Positions 27,401-42,400 of a stretch of 64,000 nucleotides of DNA are shown piece by piece. Source of the stretch: Lytechinus pictus (Eukaryota); NCBI RefSeq assembly GCF_037042905.1, contig NC_087251.1, positions 15,192,001 through 15,256,000 of the forward strand. Reading direction: 5' to 3'. Under the pieces are notes generated by a model. It ran no database searches, was not told the DNA's origin, and worked only from the letters and a program-made list of their open reading frames with translations. The stretch's first letter is position 1. Each line of letters opens with the position of its first letter. The position numbers and the translations under genes were made by a program.

Positions 27401-30400
27401 TGCTTTTCCATCCCTCCATTATTTTTGTATTTTCCAGGAATGTGGAAAAAAAAATGAGCAGGAATCCCACATAAGTTGGTGATAGAGTTTAGATACCTAA
27501 AAGTTTGACAATTTGTTCAATAAAAAAAATAGTTGGATTAAGTCACTACAAAAAAAATATTTGTAAATAACATTGTAGGAGAAGTTGAATTTCAGGAAGG
27601 AAATGAATTTTCATTTTAAAAGAGATATGGAATCTAATGCATATTTTATTTCTATTCCAGGTTGTTGAAAGTGTTGTTGGAGGAAGAGCAGCTGAGAGGA
27701 AGGTATGTTATTCATGATTTATTCAGTATAACACAAAAAGGTGTGTTTGGTGATTAAACTCTAACAGATACTTGTCAAATAGAGGTATCATGGTAAAAAT
27801 CTATTTCATACAGTTGAAAATAGATTGCAATAAAAATGGAGTACACTGGTAAAAATTTGGTTACATCTGAACAATCAAGAGATCCAGTTAGAGGCTGCAG
27901 ATATCTAATAATGTGAAGTAATTAAAATGTGTTGTGACTTAAAAGAATGAGAATTAGTACAAGACCTTAAAGATATTTATAAACTCTCCATAGTATATGG
28001 TGTGAAAATACATGTATGACTCTCAGCAATTGATACCTTCACTTCCTTGTTAGTGTTTACCAGTATTGTATGAAAAAAATTTAGCCTCTATGAATCTGAT
28101 ACGTATTTCACCTCAATCAAAATGACCATTATCCCTTTGTTACCATGACAACAGGTAGTGATGTTGCCAGAGGGTCATATGGATGATGGGTTCTCGGTTG
28201 TGAGAGCAAGGGCGGAGGAGTCAAGATCAGCCGCAATCATCAGAAAGAGCTCATTGCTTTTCAATCAGTTCTTTGAGTGAGTCACAATCTTGAGTTGGCT
28301 TTGTAAGCATGATGATGTTATTTACATGTATCTGTTGTTATCGGAGTGTCTTTGCAAATGACTTTTTCATATCTCATATTTTATCTTGTATTTTGTAATT
28401 TAATTATTATTATTGTTATAATTATTGTTGCTGTTATTATTATTATTATTAACATCATCTCAAAAAGGAGAGAAATCTTAATCATGGAGAGTGTGTTTCC
28501 TTTTGGCAAAAATCAAAATCATACATGTCCTCAATATCACACAGCAATGAAATGTCACAAGTCATCTTTTATCAGTCAGCAATTTCACAAAGAATAACAT
28601 TAGAAAGATAAAAGCATGCTTAGAAAATAATACCATCTCTAGTGCATTACGTTGTTACCAATTTAAGAAATGAAAGCAGATTAATTCAAACCTTAGACCT
28701 TTTTGTTTCTGTAAGGGCTAATGCAAAACAAGTAAATTCTGTCATTCATTTGCAAGACCAAGAAGCCTTCATTGCTTGTCATATACCATTTGTTTGTAAC
28801 GTGAATGTGTGAAAAGATTTATGAAACAATACTCTTATTCTACAATCACCCCTCAGATCTTCCATTTCTATGTCCCATTTAATGATAAATAGTTAAAATA
28901 ATTATCTTGCCTGCTCAATTTATTGTCCACTTTTTCCTGATATGTTTGCAGCGCTTTGGACTCCTTGAGGGCCGAGAAGGAGGATGACCAGCTGGCCTGG
29001 AATAGCTTTGACCTTGGCTCTGTGGTTGATATACTCCAGGATCTTATAGAGTACTTCTCGGAGCCAGAGGAAGACGAAGGTAGGAGATAACCATTTCATT
29101 TAACTTACATCTTCTTTCTTTCTTCCTATATGCATGTGCTAAACCAGAATTTTCAGAATATGATATGTACACCATATATTTTGAAAACCAAATATTTCCA
29201 AAATTTCTTTGCTTTTTCTTTCAAAATTTAAGAATACATGTTAGAAAGTGAAATTATCACAGTCGTATATTTCACAAATTCACAAAATAAAATTCATGGT
29301 TGGGAAGGGGAAAAAGATACAAAGATATTGTACAGTGATTAATATCTGTGAGAGTAGACATGTCTGTCATTGATGTTGAATCGTTAATGTTTTTTAACAG
29401 TTTACTTCAATTTGCTGTCAAAACTTGTCAAAATAATCATATTTTTAAAGGAAAGGTATTCTTCATTTTTATTTTCAGATCATGAAGAGAAACAAAAGAA
29501 ATTAAAAGCCTTGAGGAATCGACAGGATCTGTTCCATGAAGAGGTGAGCGTTATCAGACTTTCTTAAACTCTTGAATACTGAATACAGGGAACACCTATC
29601 TCCAGTATGTGATTGAATAGAAATTGTCTGCATTTGATATTTTCTGGAAAGTGTTTGGAGATAGTGTTCTGCGCAAATTGTAAATCAATTGAATGTGTAT
29701 TGTTCCAGTTTTTGACAAATGTAGTTCATGATACACTATTTCTTTATTCCCATTTGGATTATGACAAATTCAGCAATGTTTATCCATGTAGGCTTTATAA
29801 TGTGAGGCTGCTAAGAGCAAGTTAAAGAGAAAGACATATAGAAGGGAGGTGGTGAGATAAGGGGGGGGGGGATGTGTGGGAGTAAATAGTGGGAGAGAAA
29901 ATAGGCAAGTGAGAGAATGAGAGAGATTCAGAAAGACAAAGGAACACATGTTTAGTAACATGTTTGCTGTTCAAACTATTTGGGTATTTATCTATTTTCA
30001 TGATCGCAACTTTTTTTGCAAAAATTAACTATTGCCATATTTTTCAGGGTATGGTCAAACTGGTGCTGGAAACCATTGACAAGCTGAGCATCTTCAAGAG
30101 TGGACGGGACTTTGCTGCAATAGTAGGAGAGGATGCAGGAGACCTCTGGCAAGACATCGTCACCTACCTCTACAAACTCCTTGGTAAGCCACTTCTCTGA
30201 CAATTGTCACATTATAAATACTTAGATAAGTGGAATATGAGCTCTGTCTTACTATCTGTTAACAAAGCTTTATCTGTATAGTGTACAGTGTACAGTAGTA
30301 TAAGCATATAAATGTAAAATATCATTATTTATAAGTATTCCCTGAGGACATACAATGGTAATTACTTTCTTCTAGGTTTTGCTAGTTGATTCTTGTATGA

Positions 30401-33400
30401 CATCCTATTTGTACTCTGTGCTTGGCATTACACAAAAGCGCATCACCTAGATATATGTGTACATGTAATTAACACCAGGCTTGGTAATGCTGCAATTTGT
30501 CAACATTGAAAGACACTCTCAAGCAAACAATGAATCAGATGTACGTATAATAGTAATAGTGAATACTTATGATTGAAATTTATCTGATAGTATTTGGTGT
30601 GTGTTGAAGCTGCTGGCTCGACAATGCATTTGACGTCTGTGATATTGACTTGATTTGGTTTTGTTTACGCAGCCGCCATAATCAGGCATAACCACAACAA
30701 CTGTGCCTTATTTGCCCAGTCAGTCAGGTTGGATTGGCTTATTAACAGACTAGAGAGTCAACAAGCATCAAAAGGTCAGTAATGGATACTTGTTTTCAAT
30801 ATTTTCATTTTATACTTAAACCTTCTCTCTTACTTGTTCTGTCTCTCAACTATTTCCTAGTTCTTCCGTCTTTTATATCCTCCTTTCTTTCTCTCATTCT
30901 CTCCACTTACTTCTCATGACCCTTCCTCTCTCCCACTATCCCCTCTAATTTTCCCATTCCCTTTCCATTTCTTTTCTTCCTTTAAAAAAAATGAAGGAAG
31001 TCATAAGTCTTATAAGTCTAAATAATGTACTTCTATTTGAAATTAACATTTAACAGAATATGTTGGGACATAAATTTTGCTTTTCTGCTGTATAAGTAGC
31101 TGTCCCGTACTATTATTGTTTTGACTATTTTTGCTTTTACTATTTTTGCTAGTTTGTCCGCAGCCCAAGCCAAATTTAAACTAGATTAAATGAATAACAG
31201 TCTCTTTTAAAGATGATAGGAGAATATTCACTTTTGGCCATGGTTGTTCATTCTATATATTGATGTCATTTAGCTGAAAGTGTTTAATATCAAAGTTCTC
31301 ATGAACTTCAGACAAGACTGCATTGATTCAACTGATCTTGTTTGTTGTTTGTAGGTGTGTTGGAGGTGTTACATTGTGTCCTCCTTGGTAGTCCTGAAGC
31401 TCTTAACATCATCAAAGAGAACCACATCAAATCAATGATATCACAGCTAGAAAAACATGGCAGAGATCCAAAGGTAACAAAATCAAATCAAGTTATTTAT
31501 AGATTGAATGCATCTTTACCCGTATCCTACAAGAACAGGGCAATCTCTATTAAGCCTATGGTTATTACATAATTCAGCAATCAGCGGGTTAATTGATTTT
31601 GATCCATCTGATGCAGCCACTTTGTTTTTATAATTATGATCATGATTTTTTTTGGGGGGGTGGAGATGTGGGCTGTAGGTGGGATAAATTTCTTTTGGAG
31701 ATAAAATGTACGATGAAGAAGTAGTTTTTTTTTTACCTTGTAAATTCCATTTCAGTACCCTAACTGCATGAAGATGTTTTTGTGTTAACCTCCCCCCCCT
31801 AAAAAAAGGAAGGAGTTTCTCAGGAAAATACTTCTACATGAAGATTATATATCATAAATATAGGTATTTGTTTTCTCTTTAATAGGCATTTATATAGCGC
31901 CATCTATCTAGAAATATTCTATTCGGAGGTGCACGAGAAAAGAAAGAATGAGAAAGTTTGGATGAGTGTCAAAGGGCCAATAACTAATACTGTTAGAATA
32001 GATAAGACTTCAGTTTAGATTTGAAGGTCTCCAGTGATGGTATAAAATCTTCAAATTTCTTCAGATGTATAAGATAAATGTGGGGTTCTACAGATAGGTA
32101 TTCTTCACATTTTGTAAGACTATTTTGCATTATACATTCCATGGCTTATGGCATGTCAGTCTGTAACCTGCATTTATTGAAAACCCACTTTAAACCAGGG
32201 ATTCTTTATAGTTACAGATTATTTCCATAGAGCTCTGAGATCCATGCTTGTATTTAATACATCCTTTCTTTTTAGGTGTTGGATGTTCTATGCTCGCTGT
32301 GTGTTGGCAATGGTGTAGCAGTACGATCCAATCAGAACCTTATATGTGACAACCTTCTTCCTTCAAGAGATCTCCTCCTTCAGACAGCAGTAGTTGATGA
32401 AGTAGTTTGGTAGGTCACATGTCCACTCTCAACATTGTTTTCATGGTACTTGTATTGATTGAATACAAGGAGTTTTTAGACGAAATGTTAGACATTGAAA
32501 ATGTGCTCAATAACTTGTCATATTTTTGGTCATGATATTTTCTATCCAATTTGTTTCTTAGATTTCAACTTTCAAGGTGTTTTCTACTGATTCTTACTCT
32601 TATAACATATTATTTTAACAGTGCTTGGTCTTCATCAATGTGTTCTAGCAGACATTTCTATTTGCTGAAAGTTGGAAGAAATTATGAAACTCTTAGCTCT
32701 ACATATACCTCAGAAAGGAATTGTTTATAGATTTGATAATTAATGTATCATCCACTGTAATCCAATGTTATTGTTGCAAAATTATATTTGTTGTTTTTCT
32801 TCCCTATTTTACTATAAAACAAACAAGTTTGAATGATTGAAAACTGCATTCTTATCGCTAATACTGTAATAATTTGTTATTTGCAAACAGTATGCGTCCC
32901 AATGTGAGCATCTGTGTGAATAAGAAGAGCACAGTCTATAAGAAATGGTACTTTGAGGTTGCCATCGACAAGCAGGAAGCGGCCACATCCAGACCCGTAC
33001 ACTTCAGAGTAGGGTGGGCAACGACTTCGGGGTTCCGCACCTACCTGAGGGGCGGGGAAGGATGGGGAAACTCGGGGGTCGGTGATGACCTTTACTCCTT
33101 CGGCTTTGATGGCATGAATCTGTGGACAGGTTAGGAATGTTTGGTAGAATAGAGAGTAAAAGTTGCATGTTGAGATATACCCAGCCCTGTAACAGAGGTT
33201 TGCGATGAAGTGCAAATATTAAGAGCAATTCTTTGATATTGGTTCCAGGTCAGCGTTCTGAAGGCAGTGCACATTTAACAATGATCTTGATCTTGGCCAA
33301 TTACGTTTAGCAATTGATTGCAAACCTTTGTGTTTTGAAGGCCTGGGGATATTTTAGAAAGCCTTTAATAAATTATGAAGAACTAAGTGTGGCATGGGGT

Positions 33401-36400
33401 ATGGAGGGCCTAAAGTGTAGTGCCAAGTGCAGTGCCAAAAACATTTGCTGATTTTTCAAACTTTCCTTTTCAGTATTAACTCTGACCAAATTTTAGAATG
33501 AAATATACCTTGCATTACAAATGTATGTCACAAAGAATGATAATAATATATATAAAGCAGTTGCAGCTGATTTGATTGAAAATTATTAAATGTTGGCTTT
33601 CCATACTCTTAAAATCTGGCATAGTCTAATGGACAGCTTCATGAAACTTCCTCTGGCATTCCCCTAGTTTTTGTTCTAAGGGCAAGATCAATGATCCATT
33701 TTATTCAGTATATCACAGCCATACTTATTGTTTCAGACCTAAGAGGAACATTTTCATTTTTCATTCCATGATTAGATAACCCATCAGTTGAGGTCCTGTT
33801 CACCTGCCCACCTCTTTATCTCTTAAGAAAGAGAAGGGGACACTTTGATATAGAAACAGTGATATATTGTCTTTTTATCCCATCTCCCTCCCTCTTAGTT
33901 TGATATTCATTAGTATTCATTACCTAAATTTTCTGTAATATCTGTAGGTGGTGTCAGCAAGGCTGCTCCATGGAGTGGGAATCGTCTCTTGTCCAGGGGT
34001 GACATTGTTGGTGTGTGCTTTGACCTCAGTGTGCCTCGCATCCTCTATCATGTCAACGGAAGCCCTATCAAGGCTTCCTTTGAAGGCATCAATCTAGAGG
34101 GCATGTTCTTTCCTGTACTTAGTTTCTCTGCTAGGGTTAGGTGAGTATTTATTTTAGGGAAACAGTATTAATCTAGAAAGCTAATGCTTTCGGTTAGGTC
34201 TGAAGATATGTGCGAAGAAGCTATGCTCGCATGATTTCCCATCATGCCTCTGTTCTAAACCTTTAATTTGGGGGTATATTGTTTCCTGTCCTTAGTTCTT
34301 TGCTATTGTTAAGTTGGTATTAATTTTTTTGGGGGGGAAGGAGAAGAACACCAATATGAAGGTGATAATGATTTGAGTTTGGTCTGTCTGAAGAGAAAGA
34401 GAAAAAATATAAATTCATTCATGGAATTGTCCTTGTAATAATATTTCAAGACTTTCAAATGGAAAAATCAACTATGTTTTAATTAAGGCCAATACTGGAA
34501 TTTAAATGATTTGTGTTTACCTATTGGTTTCCTCTTGTAGTGCTCGATTCATCCTTGGAGGCAAACACGGTCGATTCAAGTACTCACCACCTAAGGGTTT
34601 TGCTGCTGTGTGTGAGAGTGTTCTCCCCAAGGAGAGACTCAAGATAGAGCCTTGCTTCTCCTTGGGTGATGTCAACGAGGGCATCATCCAAGGACCTACT
34701 GCCTCCCAGGATCATTCAGCATTCATCCCAGCTCCCGTAGACACCTCTGCTGTAAGTATCAGAGCATTAGGGTTGGTCAAGGCCCTCGCTTACAAAGAGT
34801 TGTGATTGATCCGATGAATCTCATCTCTGGAAGTTTGCCGTTGTGACAGTTCTTCATACAGAAAATGTACACAATGTCCGATAGGGAATGAGGAGCAAAC
34901 CACTTTGTACAAACACTGATGCTTACAGATATATACATCATACTTAGAACACATTTCGAATAGATACTTGCATTTTAGCTGTAAGGGTCCCTGGCCTTCA
35001 ATATGAGATCAGTTGGATCAATTACAACTCTTTGTAATTACTTAAAATGAAAAAAAATTGGCATGGCCCAGGTAGCAGAAAGGTTTACAATTGATGTCAA
35101 AGTGGCTATGATTTTTATTTTGTTAGAATTCATGATAAAAAATATTTCATTCTGGGTAAGGAATTGTTTAGAATGATTTAGGACTTGAAATTATGTTTGC
35201 TTTAGCACTTTGTTTTTGTTAATATGTACTATGAAAATAGTAAATTATTATCATTATTTAAAGACAATTTTTTCTTGATTTGACTTGTAGGTGAGTCTTC
35301 CAGGTTACATTGAGATGTTGAGGGACAAGCTAGCTGAGAACATACATGAACTCTGGTGTATGAACAAGATAGAGGCTGGATGGACATGGGGACCGGTAAG
35401 ACTGTCAACAATCAACTTTACCTCTTACTACTGATTTGTTTTCATTCCATAGGATTTTTACAAGGACAAGTCGGTTTTAACAGGTTGATTGCACTCCATT
35501 ACAAACTTGCGATGAATAGACCGCCATCTATAGAAAGTTGATTAATATTTTCTATGGCACTAACAACTGAACTTTTACAATTAATTGCAACAAATGTGAT
35601 TGATTTTGGGACCTAGAAATAACAGGTATTGAAATTGTGCGAATTTCTTTCAATGCCCTTTTTAATCAATTCATTTAACCACTTTACATGTAGCTTGAAA
35701 TAGATTTTGTAACCATTCACAGTTGACATTAATAGCTGTTCTTGCATTTGTGTCTTTTTATGCCACTCTGTTTTCTACATTCAAAAGCAAGAGGGGATAT
35801 AATTATTTGTAATGTATTTAGTTTGATGATTTAATCTGATTTTTGTTTTCAGGTTCGAGATGATGCCAAGAAGGTCCATGATAGTCTGATGTTCTTCTCA
35901 AGCCTTTCAGAACAAGAAAAGAATTTTGACATCACCATGGCTTACGAGACCCTAAGGTAATTATTTTCTCGAGGTATCTTGACTTCTCCTTTTTCATTAC
36001 GTGTATGTCTTTCATACGAGAACCTCGTAGTCCCCGAAAGAAGTTTTGTATTTTTTTGTTCGCAGTACAATGGGTTAACATGTTACCTTTTACATTAATT
36101 CCAATGGGTTTATTCAACTGTAATTTTAAATGATTGCACTTGTGTTAATATTTCTATGTATTATGTATCACATTTTACAACCTATTGATTATTTTTTCCC
36201 ATATGTAATAACAGAACACTGATTGCATTGGGTTATCACATCAGCATTGATGAGGAGACATCTAAATCAACACTCAAGAGACTCAGACTTCCTATGAAGT
36301 AAGTCCAGTTTGTATTTTCTGTCAACCCATTGCCACCCATGTACTTAAAACCACAAATCATGGTCTTATATCATATGGGTTTTCTCCCTATTGCACCTAC

Positions 36401-39400
36401 TCTTTGTTCAATGACTACAAGCCAGCTCCATTAATTACCTCTAACATCCACCATAAACCAAAGTTTATGGAACTTATACACTTAAATGTGAGGAACTCCC
36501 GTAACCTCCCAACCTTCAACGCAACGTTTCAATAGCTTAAACCCTCTTTGGACAATGTGTTAAAACTACCACATTTCTTTGTGGTAGTTTTGTTGATGTT
36601 CTTGATGTCCAATTGATACAAGCTGGACTAGTATACAAATATACAATGACACTCGAGGATCTGGCTAAAACTATTTGCATCGAAGGAACATCATATAGTA
36701 CTATTCTCCCGAGGGCCATCGGCCCGAGGGAGAATAGTACTATGTGATGTTCCTGAGTGCAAATAGTTTTAGCCAGTTCCGAGAATGGGTCATTGTATAT
36801 TTGTTTTATATCCCTTCCACTCATATGTATTCTTCATACGATATTCTTCGTTGATACCCGACTTTTACAGCAAAACGATTTTTAATAAGTCGATGATGGA
36901 ACAATCGTTGAGAAGTTGAGAAAACAATAAGCCTTGCCGTATTGATCGTCTGTTCAGCGAGCGCACCTGGTTAGTGCAGCTCGCCGAAAGTTTCCCGTGG
37001 CATGCAGTAGAGAGTACCGTTGGGCTGAGCAGCGCTCTGCTCGCATCGCGCCGCACAGCTCGCGAATCGAGTAGGGGGCGGGGTCAAAAAACGTATAGTT
37101 CACTTTTCCCTAGGGAAAAAATGGACTATGCGTGACGTCAGCAAGGAAAATGAACTATTTCATGGCAAACGTTTTTCGTAGTAAAACTATTCTTTTTCTC
37201 CTTGTGTACACTCTCAATACAACAATCTTAAGTAAGGGATATAATATGTAATTTCCAACTTCCATCTCAATTCAGTGTTTAGAAACTTACATGTATACCA
37301 TAATGGGAAAATATTACAAACACCACATAATTCTCCTGTATCATATGATGTTCTCTCCATTGCAGCTATTTGATGTCTAATGGATACAAGCCAGCACCTT
37401 ACAACCTCTCCAACATCCATCTCAACCCTAAGATGGAGAAGCTGGTGGAACTATTGGCTGAGAATGCTCATAATGTATGGGCCAAGGACAGGATAGCCCA
37501 AGGATGGACCTATGGTCTCTCTGAGGTAGCTGATGTTTCTTTTAAAAAAAACTAATATTTTCTTACAGTCTTCGTTTAAATGATTGTATAGTAATACATT
37601 TAAGTTTTCATGTGTTTTTTATCTATAGGCTGTATATGGTTGCAACTTGCAAATTACTGGTGACCTATATTCATGAATGTTTGTTCAGTTAATCCATGAT
37701 TTAATCTAAGGTTTCATTATGGATAGCAACAGCTCTGATTTTGATGGTCATGCTTCTGTTTTGTTAAACTATTTCAGTAGTTTATTACTATTAAAGCAGG
37801 GATGGCAGAATGTGAGTGGAGTCCAGGAGTGCTGTGTCACAAGGCAGGTGAAGAAAACCTTGTCCCATAGACTTTGTACATGTGATACGGCATGAGGCCG
37901 AGGCTCAGAATAGACTTGGCCCTGCTATGAATGAAACATCTATGCTTTCAAAGATTTGCATCACATTCAGTTACCTAAACTACAAAATGGAAATATTTTC
38001 ACTTTGGTGAATATATTCCTTAGGGAATAAATTTGTCTTTCTTGCTGGTAAGTGTGATAAGTACCAAACAAATTTACAATAATGCAAATAATGCTCTTCT
38101 GCCAAATTCTGATACAGTACCCTATGTCAAAATTCTCTGTTCAATTAATATTAGGAAACGTCTTACAAGCGAAACCCGCAGCTGGTCCCATACAATCAAC
38201 TTAATGACCAAGCTAAGAAGCTCAACAGGGATACTGCTAGTGAGACTATTAGGACTATCCTAGGCTTTGGCTATGCTCTGGAACCACCTACCTCGGAAGG
38301 TCAAGATCTATCATTCAGAGGTGAGGAAATTGGCATTTTCAAGTTAAAAAAACCTGAGGGATAACTTTGTTAAGAATAGACAAAATTAACTTTCACTTTT
38401 TATTTTGCTGGAACATGGGTTTTACATTGAAAATTATATGTTTATAAGTCTACTTTTGCCGGTGAAGTCAAAGTCCTTTTTACTCGATAATTTGTCAATT
38501 GATTTCTCCCCTAACTTCCAGATTTTATTTTTATGTTCTTAAAACATGCATGTAAGGGGGGGGGGAAATCCTTATACGTATGTGGCCTTTTCCCTTTTAT
38601 GTTGACTTGTCATTGACTTGTTATTCATATATGAAGGCTACAGTTAGAATTGTAATAATTGTTTGTTTTATTTTTTATTTCGTTTTCACAACAATAGTTT
38701 ATATTTCAAGTGATAAATTCATTAGTTTTTAGTACATATTTCCTTTCATCACATTAGTGAATTGTCAGTGGAAACAGTGACAATTGCTAGCTTTTCTCCA
38801 AACAATGAAGCATCTAGCCCATTTAAGAAAAGATGATATCAGAGATAAATGCTCTCTGCCAATGAAATGAAAGCATTATCAATAATCTTGCACACTTTTA
38901 TATGATGTGTAGGTTTAGCAAGAGAGATGTCTGATAAGAAACAGCACACAAGAACATTCAGAGCAGAGAAGAGCTATGCAGTAACATCAGGGAAATGGTA
39001 AGTTATCATAGCCCTGTAGCACAAAGGTCTGCAATCAATCACAAAGTAGCAACAACCAATTATGATCAATGTTGCATGATCAGATTTATGAACATTCCTA
39101 TCATCATCCAATCAGAATCGTCGTAAAATTTTGATTAATCATAAATATTTCTGTAAGGGGTTCTATGGATGATGACATTTGGCTTCCAAGCCATGGAAGA
39201 TGAGATTATTATTCCATCTTTGAGAGGTTGCAGAAAATTTATGAATTTCCCTGAATATTTACATATCTTAAAACAAACCTGAATAGATAGATGCTTTCAC
39301 AAGCTTTCACAACCTTAAAAGTTAGATTAGGAAAATCTAACTATTGGGTAAATTTTAATTGATGAAAAAATCAAATTGAAATTGAAATTAAATTCACCCT

Positions 39401-42400
39401 TCCATTCACGGAAAAGCATAATTTAAATTGGTTTGCAAAGATAAGTTTCTTTGAAAAAGAGGTAGTTATTTGTTCTGCAGGTTTGTTTTTGTCTCGCTTG
39501 CATATCAGAGCGAGACTATAGGCGCCGCTTTTCCGACGGCGGCGGCGTCAACATCAAATCTTAACCTAAGGTTAAGTTTTTGAAATGACATCATAACTTA
39601 GAAAGTATATGGACCTAGTTCATGAAACCTGGACATAAGGTTAATCAAGTATTAGTGAACATCCTGCTCGAGTTTCAGGTCACGTGACCAAGGTCAAAGG
39701 TCATTTAGGGTCAATGAACTTTGGTCAAGTTGGGGGTATTTGTTGAATTACTATCATAACTTTGAAAATTTATGGATCTAGTTCATGAAACTTAGACATA
39801 AGGTTAATCAAGTATTAGTGAACATCCTGCCTGAGTTTCAGGCCACATGACCAAGGTCAAAGGTCATTTAGGGTCAATGAACTTTGGCCAAGTTGAGGGT
39901 ATTTGTTGAATTACCATCATAACTTTGAAAATTATGGATCTAGTTCATGAAACTTGGACATTAGGTTAATCAAGTACCACTGAATATCCTGCGCGAGTTT
40001 CAGGTCACATAACCATGGTCAATGGTCATTTAAGGTCAATGAACTTTGGCCTTGTTGGGGGTATTTGTTAAATTACCATCCTAACTCTGAAAGTTTATGG
40101 ATCTAGTTCATAAACTTGGACATAAGAGTAATCAAGTATCACTGAACATCCTGTATGAGTTTCAGGTCACATGACCATGGTCAAAGGTCATTAAAGGTCA
40201 ATGAACTTTGGCCGTGTTTGGGGTATTTGTTGAATTACCATCCTAACTCTGAAAGTTTATGGATCTAGTTCATAAAACTGGGGATATAAGAGTAATCAAG
40301 TATCACTGAACATCCCCTGTGAGTTTCAGGTCACAAAACCAAGGTCAAAGGTCAGTTAAGGTCAATAAACTTAGGTCATGTTGGGGTAATTGTTGAATTG
40401 CCATCATAACTGAAAGTTTATGGATAGAGTGAATGAAATGTGGACATGGGTGTAGTTGACAAGTCTTGAGTCACCGTTCAAATGTCATTTATGGTCAATG
40501 AACGTGGTATTATGTCATTATATGAATGGTGTTTTTGTTATTAAATGATTATTTTTATAGTAGTTTTCAAAGTTAGCACTGCTGCTATATTAAATCGCAA
40601 AATGCAGGCGAAACTGCCAGAGGCGTTCCACTTGTTTAATTTAGGTACCCTTATGAATGTTTTCTGCAACAACAGTGATATTATCCCTGGATTTACATGC
40701 AGTAGTATCAGGAGTGGTGTTGGTCATGGTAGTAGTAGTACATATTGTTACCCTAGTAATAATAGTAGTAGTATTAATATAATGATTTATTGAAAATTCA
40801 CATGGTTAGCAGCAAAGGACTGAAACATTCATATTTATGCAATTGAATGTATCATAGATTTACAAATACACAAATAAATAGAAATACATGTACATGTATA
40901 TGCAATGAATGATCTGACTTATCTTGATTACAGGTACTTTGAATTTGAAGCAGTGACAAGTGGGTATATGCGAGTCGGCTGGGGGCGCCCTTCTATAGCA
41001 GCAGGTGCAGAAATTGGAACAGGTGGCATATCATATGTCTTTGACGGTTTCCTGGTGAGAATTATAAAGACTTTTGATGCAGTTCATCAGGTTCAAAGTA
41101 AAAGAGAGAAATCGAAACAATCTCTAGATAATTATATAGTGATTGGTGATCGGATGGAACTTTGTGCTGTATTTTATTGTATTATCATTATGTGTTTTGT
41201 GTTCTCCATGCATTCCATATTCTCTTACGTCATTTTTATACATGTAAATGAAATGATCATGATGATAATCAAGATTTAAAAAAAAATTGAACTCATTGTG
41301 CAGAATGCAAGCATTTTTTTATGAATACTTTAAAATAGTGTTAAAAGCCTATTAAATCAAATCTAAACCATTAGTTTACTTGTATGTTATGTAAGTTACT
41401 CATTAAAATAAGTTAATTGATTGATGAGATGTAACATGTTGCAATCTTGTAGTGATATCTTGTCTGTGGTGGTGTATTACTGGTGTTTATTGTGTGTATA
41501 GGACACTGTCATTCATTGAAGCAACTGGGCCACTTTGCCTAGAAACAAAGTATTAGGCATTTTGTAATTGTGATATTAATATGATTATTAATATGGCACA
41601 CTAGTAAAATATGTAAAAGTAGATTTTTGTGATATATATAATTAACTGTATATATGTAAGATTAGGGGATGTGATTTGATTTTATCCAAATGATAATTTG
41701 TCCATTCATCCTAGGCACGGAAGTGGCACCAAGGTTCAGAAACCTTTGGCAAGACGTGGAGTGAGACGGATGTGATCGGCTGTATGCTAAACCTGGTGGA
41801 TAACACCATAAGTAAGTCAGATTATGTCAGATTTTGATACAAAATTCACTTTCCATAGTATTCTCAGAAATCTGGAATAAAGCAACAAATGAGAAAGAAT
41901 AGTTGTGATGTTTCATATTATTTTCATGAATTCTTTCAGAATATTATATAAATGGTTCATAGAAAATGATTTTTCCCCAAATGCCCTCACATTCTTATGG
42001 TTATTTAAGGGGAGGGGGAATGAAACTGTTGGTTTGACCATTTGTGTGTAGTCACATGCCATTATTATTTTGTGCAGTGCATGTGGCTCTGAGCAAGTTA
42101 TTATAATTTTGGCAATTTCTGTCACCCAAAGCATATACAATTCGTAGAAACATTGATATTTGCAGTATTGCACAATAAAGAAGCAGAGAATGCAGTCATG
42201 TAACTAATAACATTTAACATGTTAATAGTTAAATGAAAAGCTTTCACTCTTTTCTCTTGTTTGTCTGTCTTTTTATCAGGTTTTACCATGAATGGAGAGT
42301 TTCTGAGTGATTCTGTTGGATCTGAGATGGCTTTCCTTGACATTGAGATTGGTGAAGGTCAGTTTCTTAAAAGGCTTAAATATCTTCCTCAAATATATAA

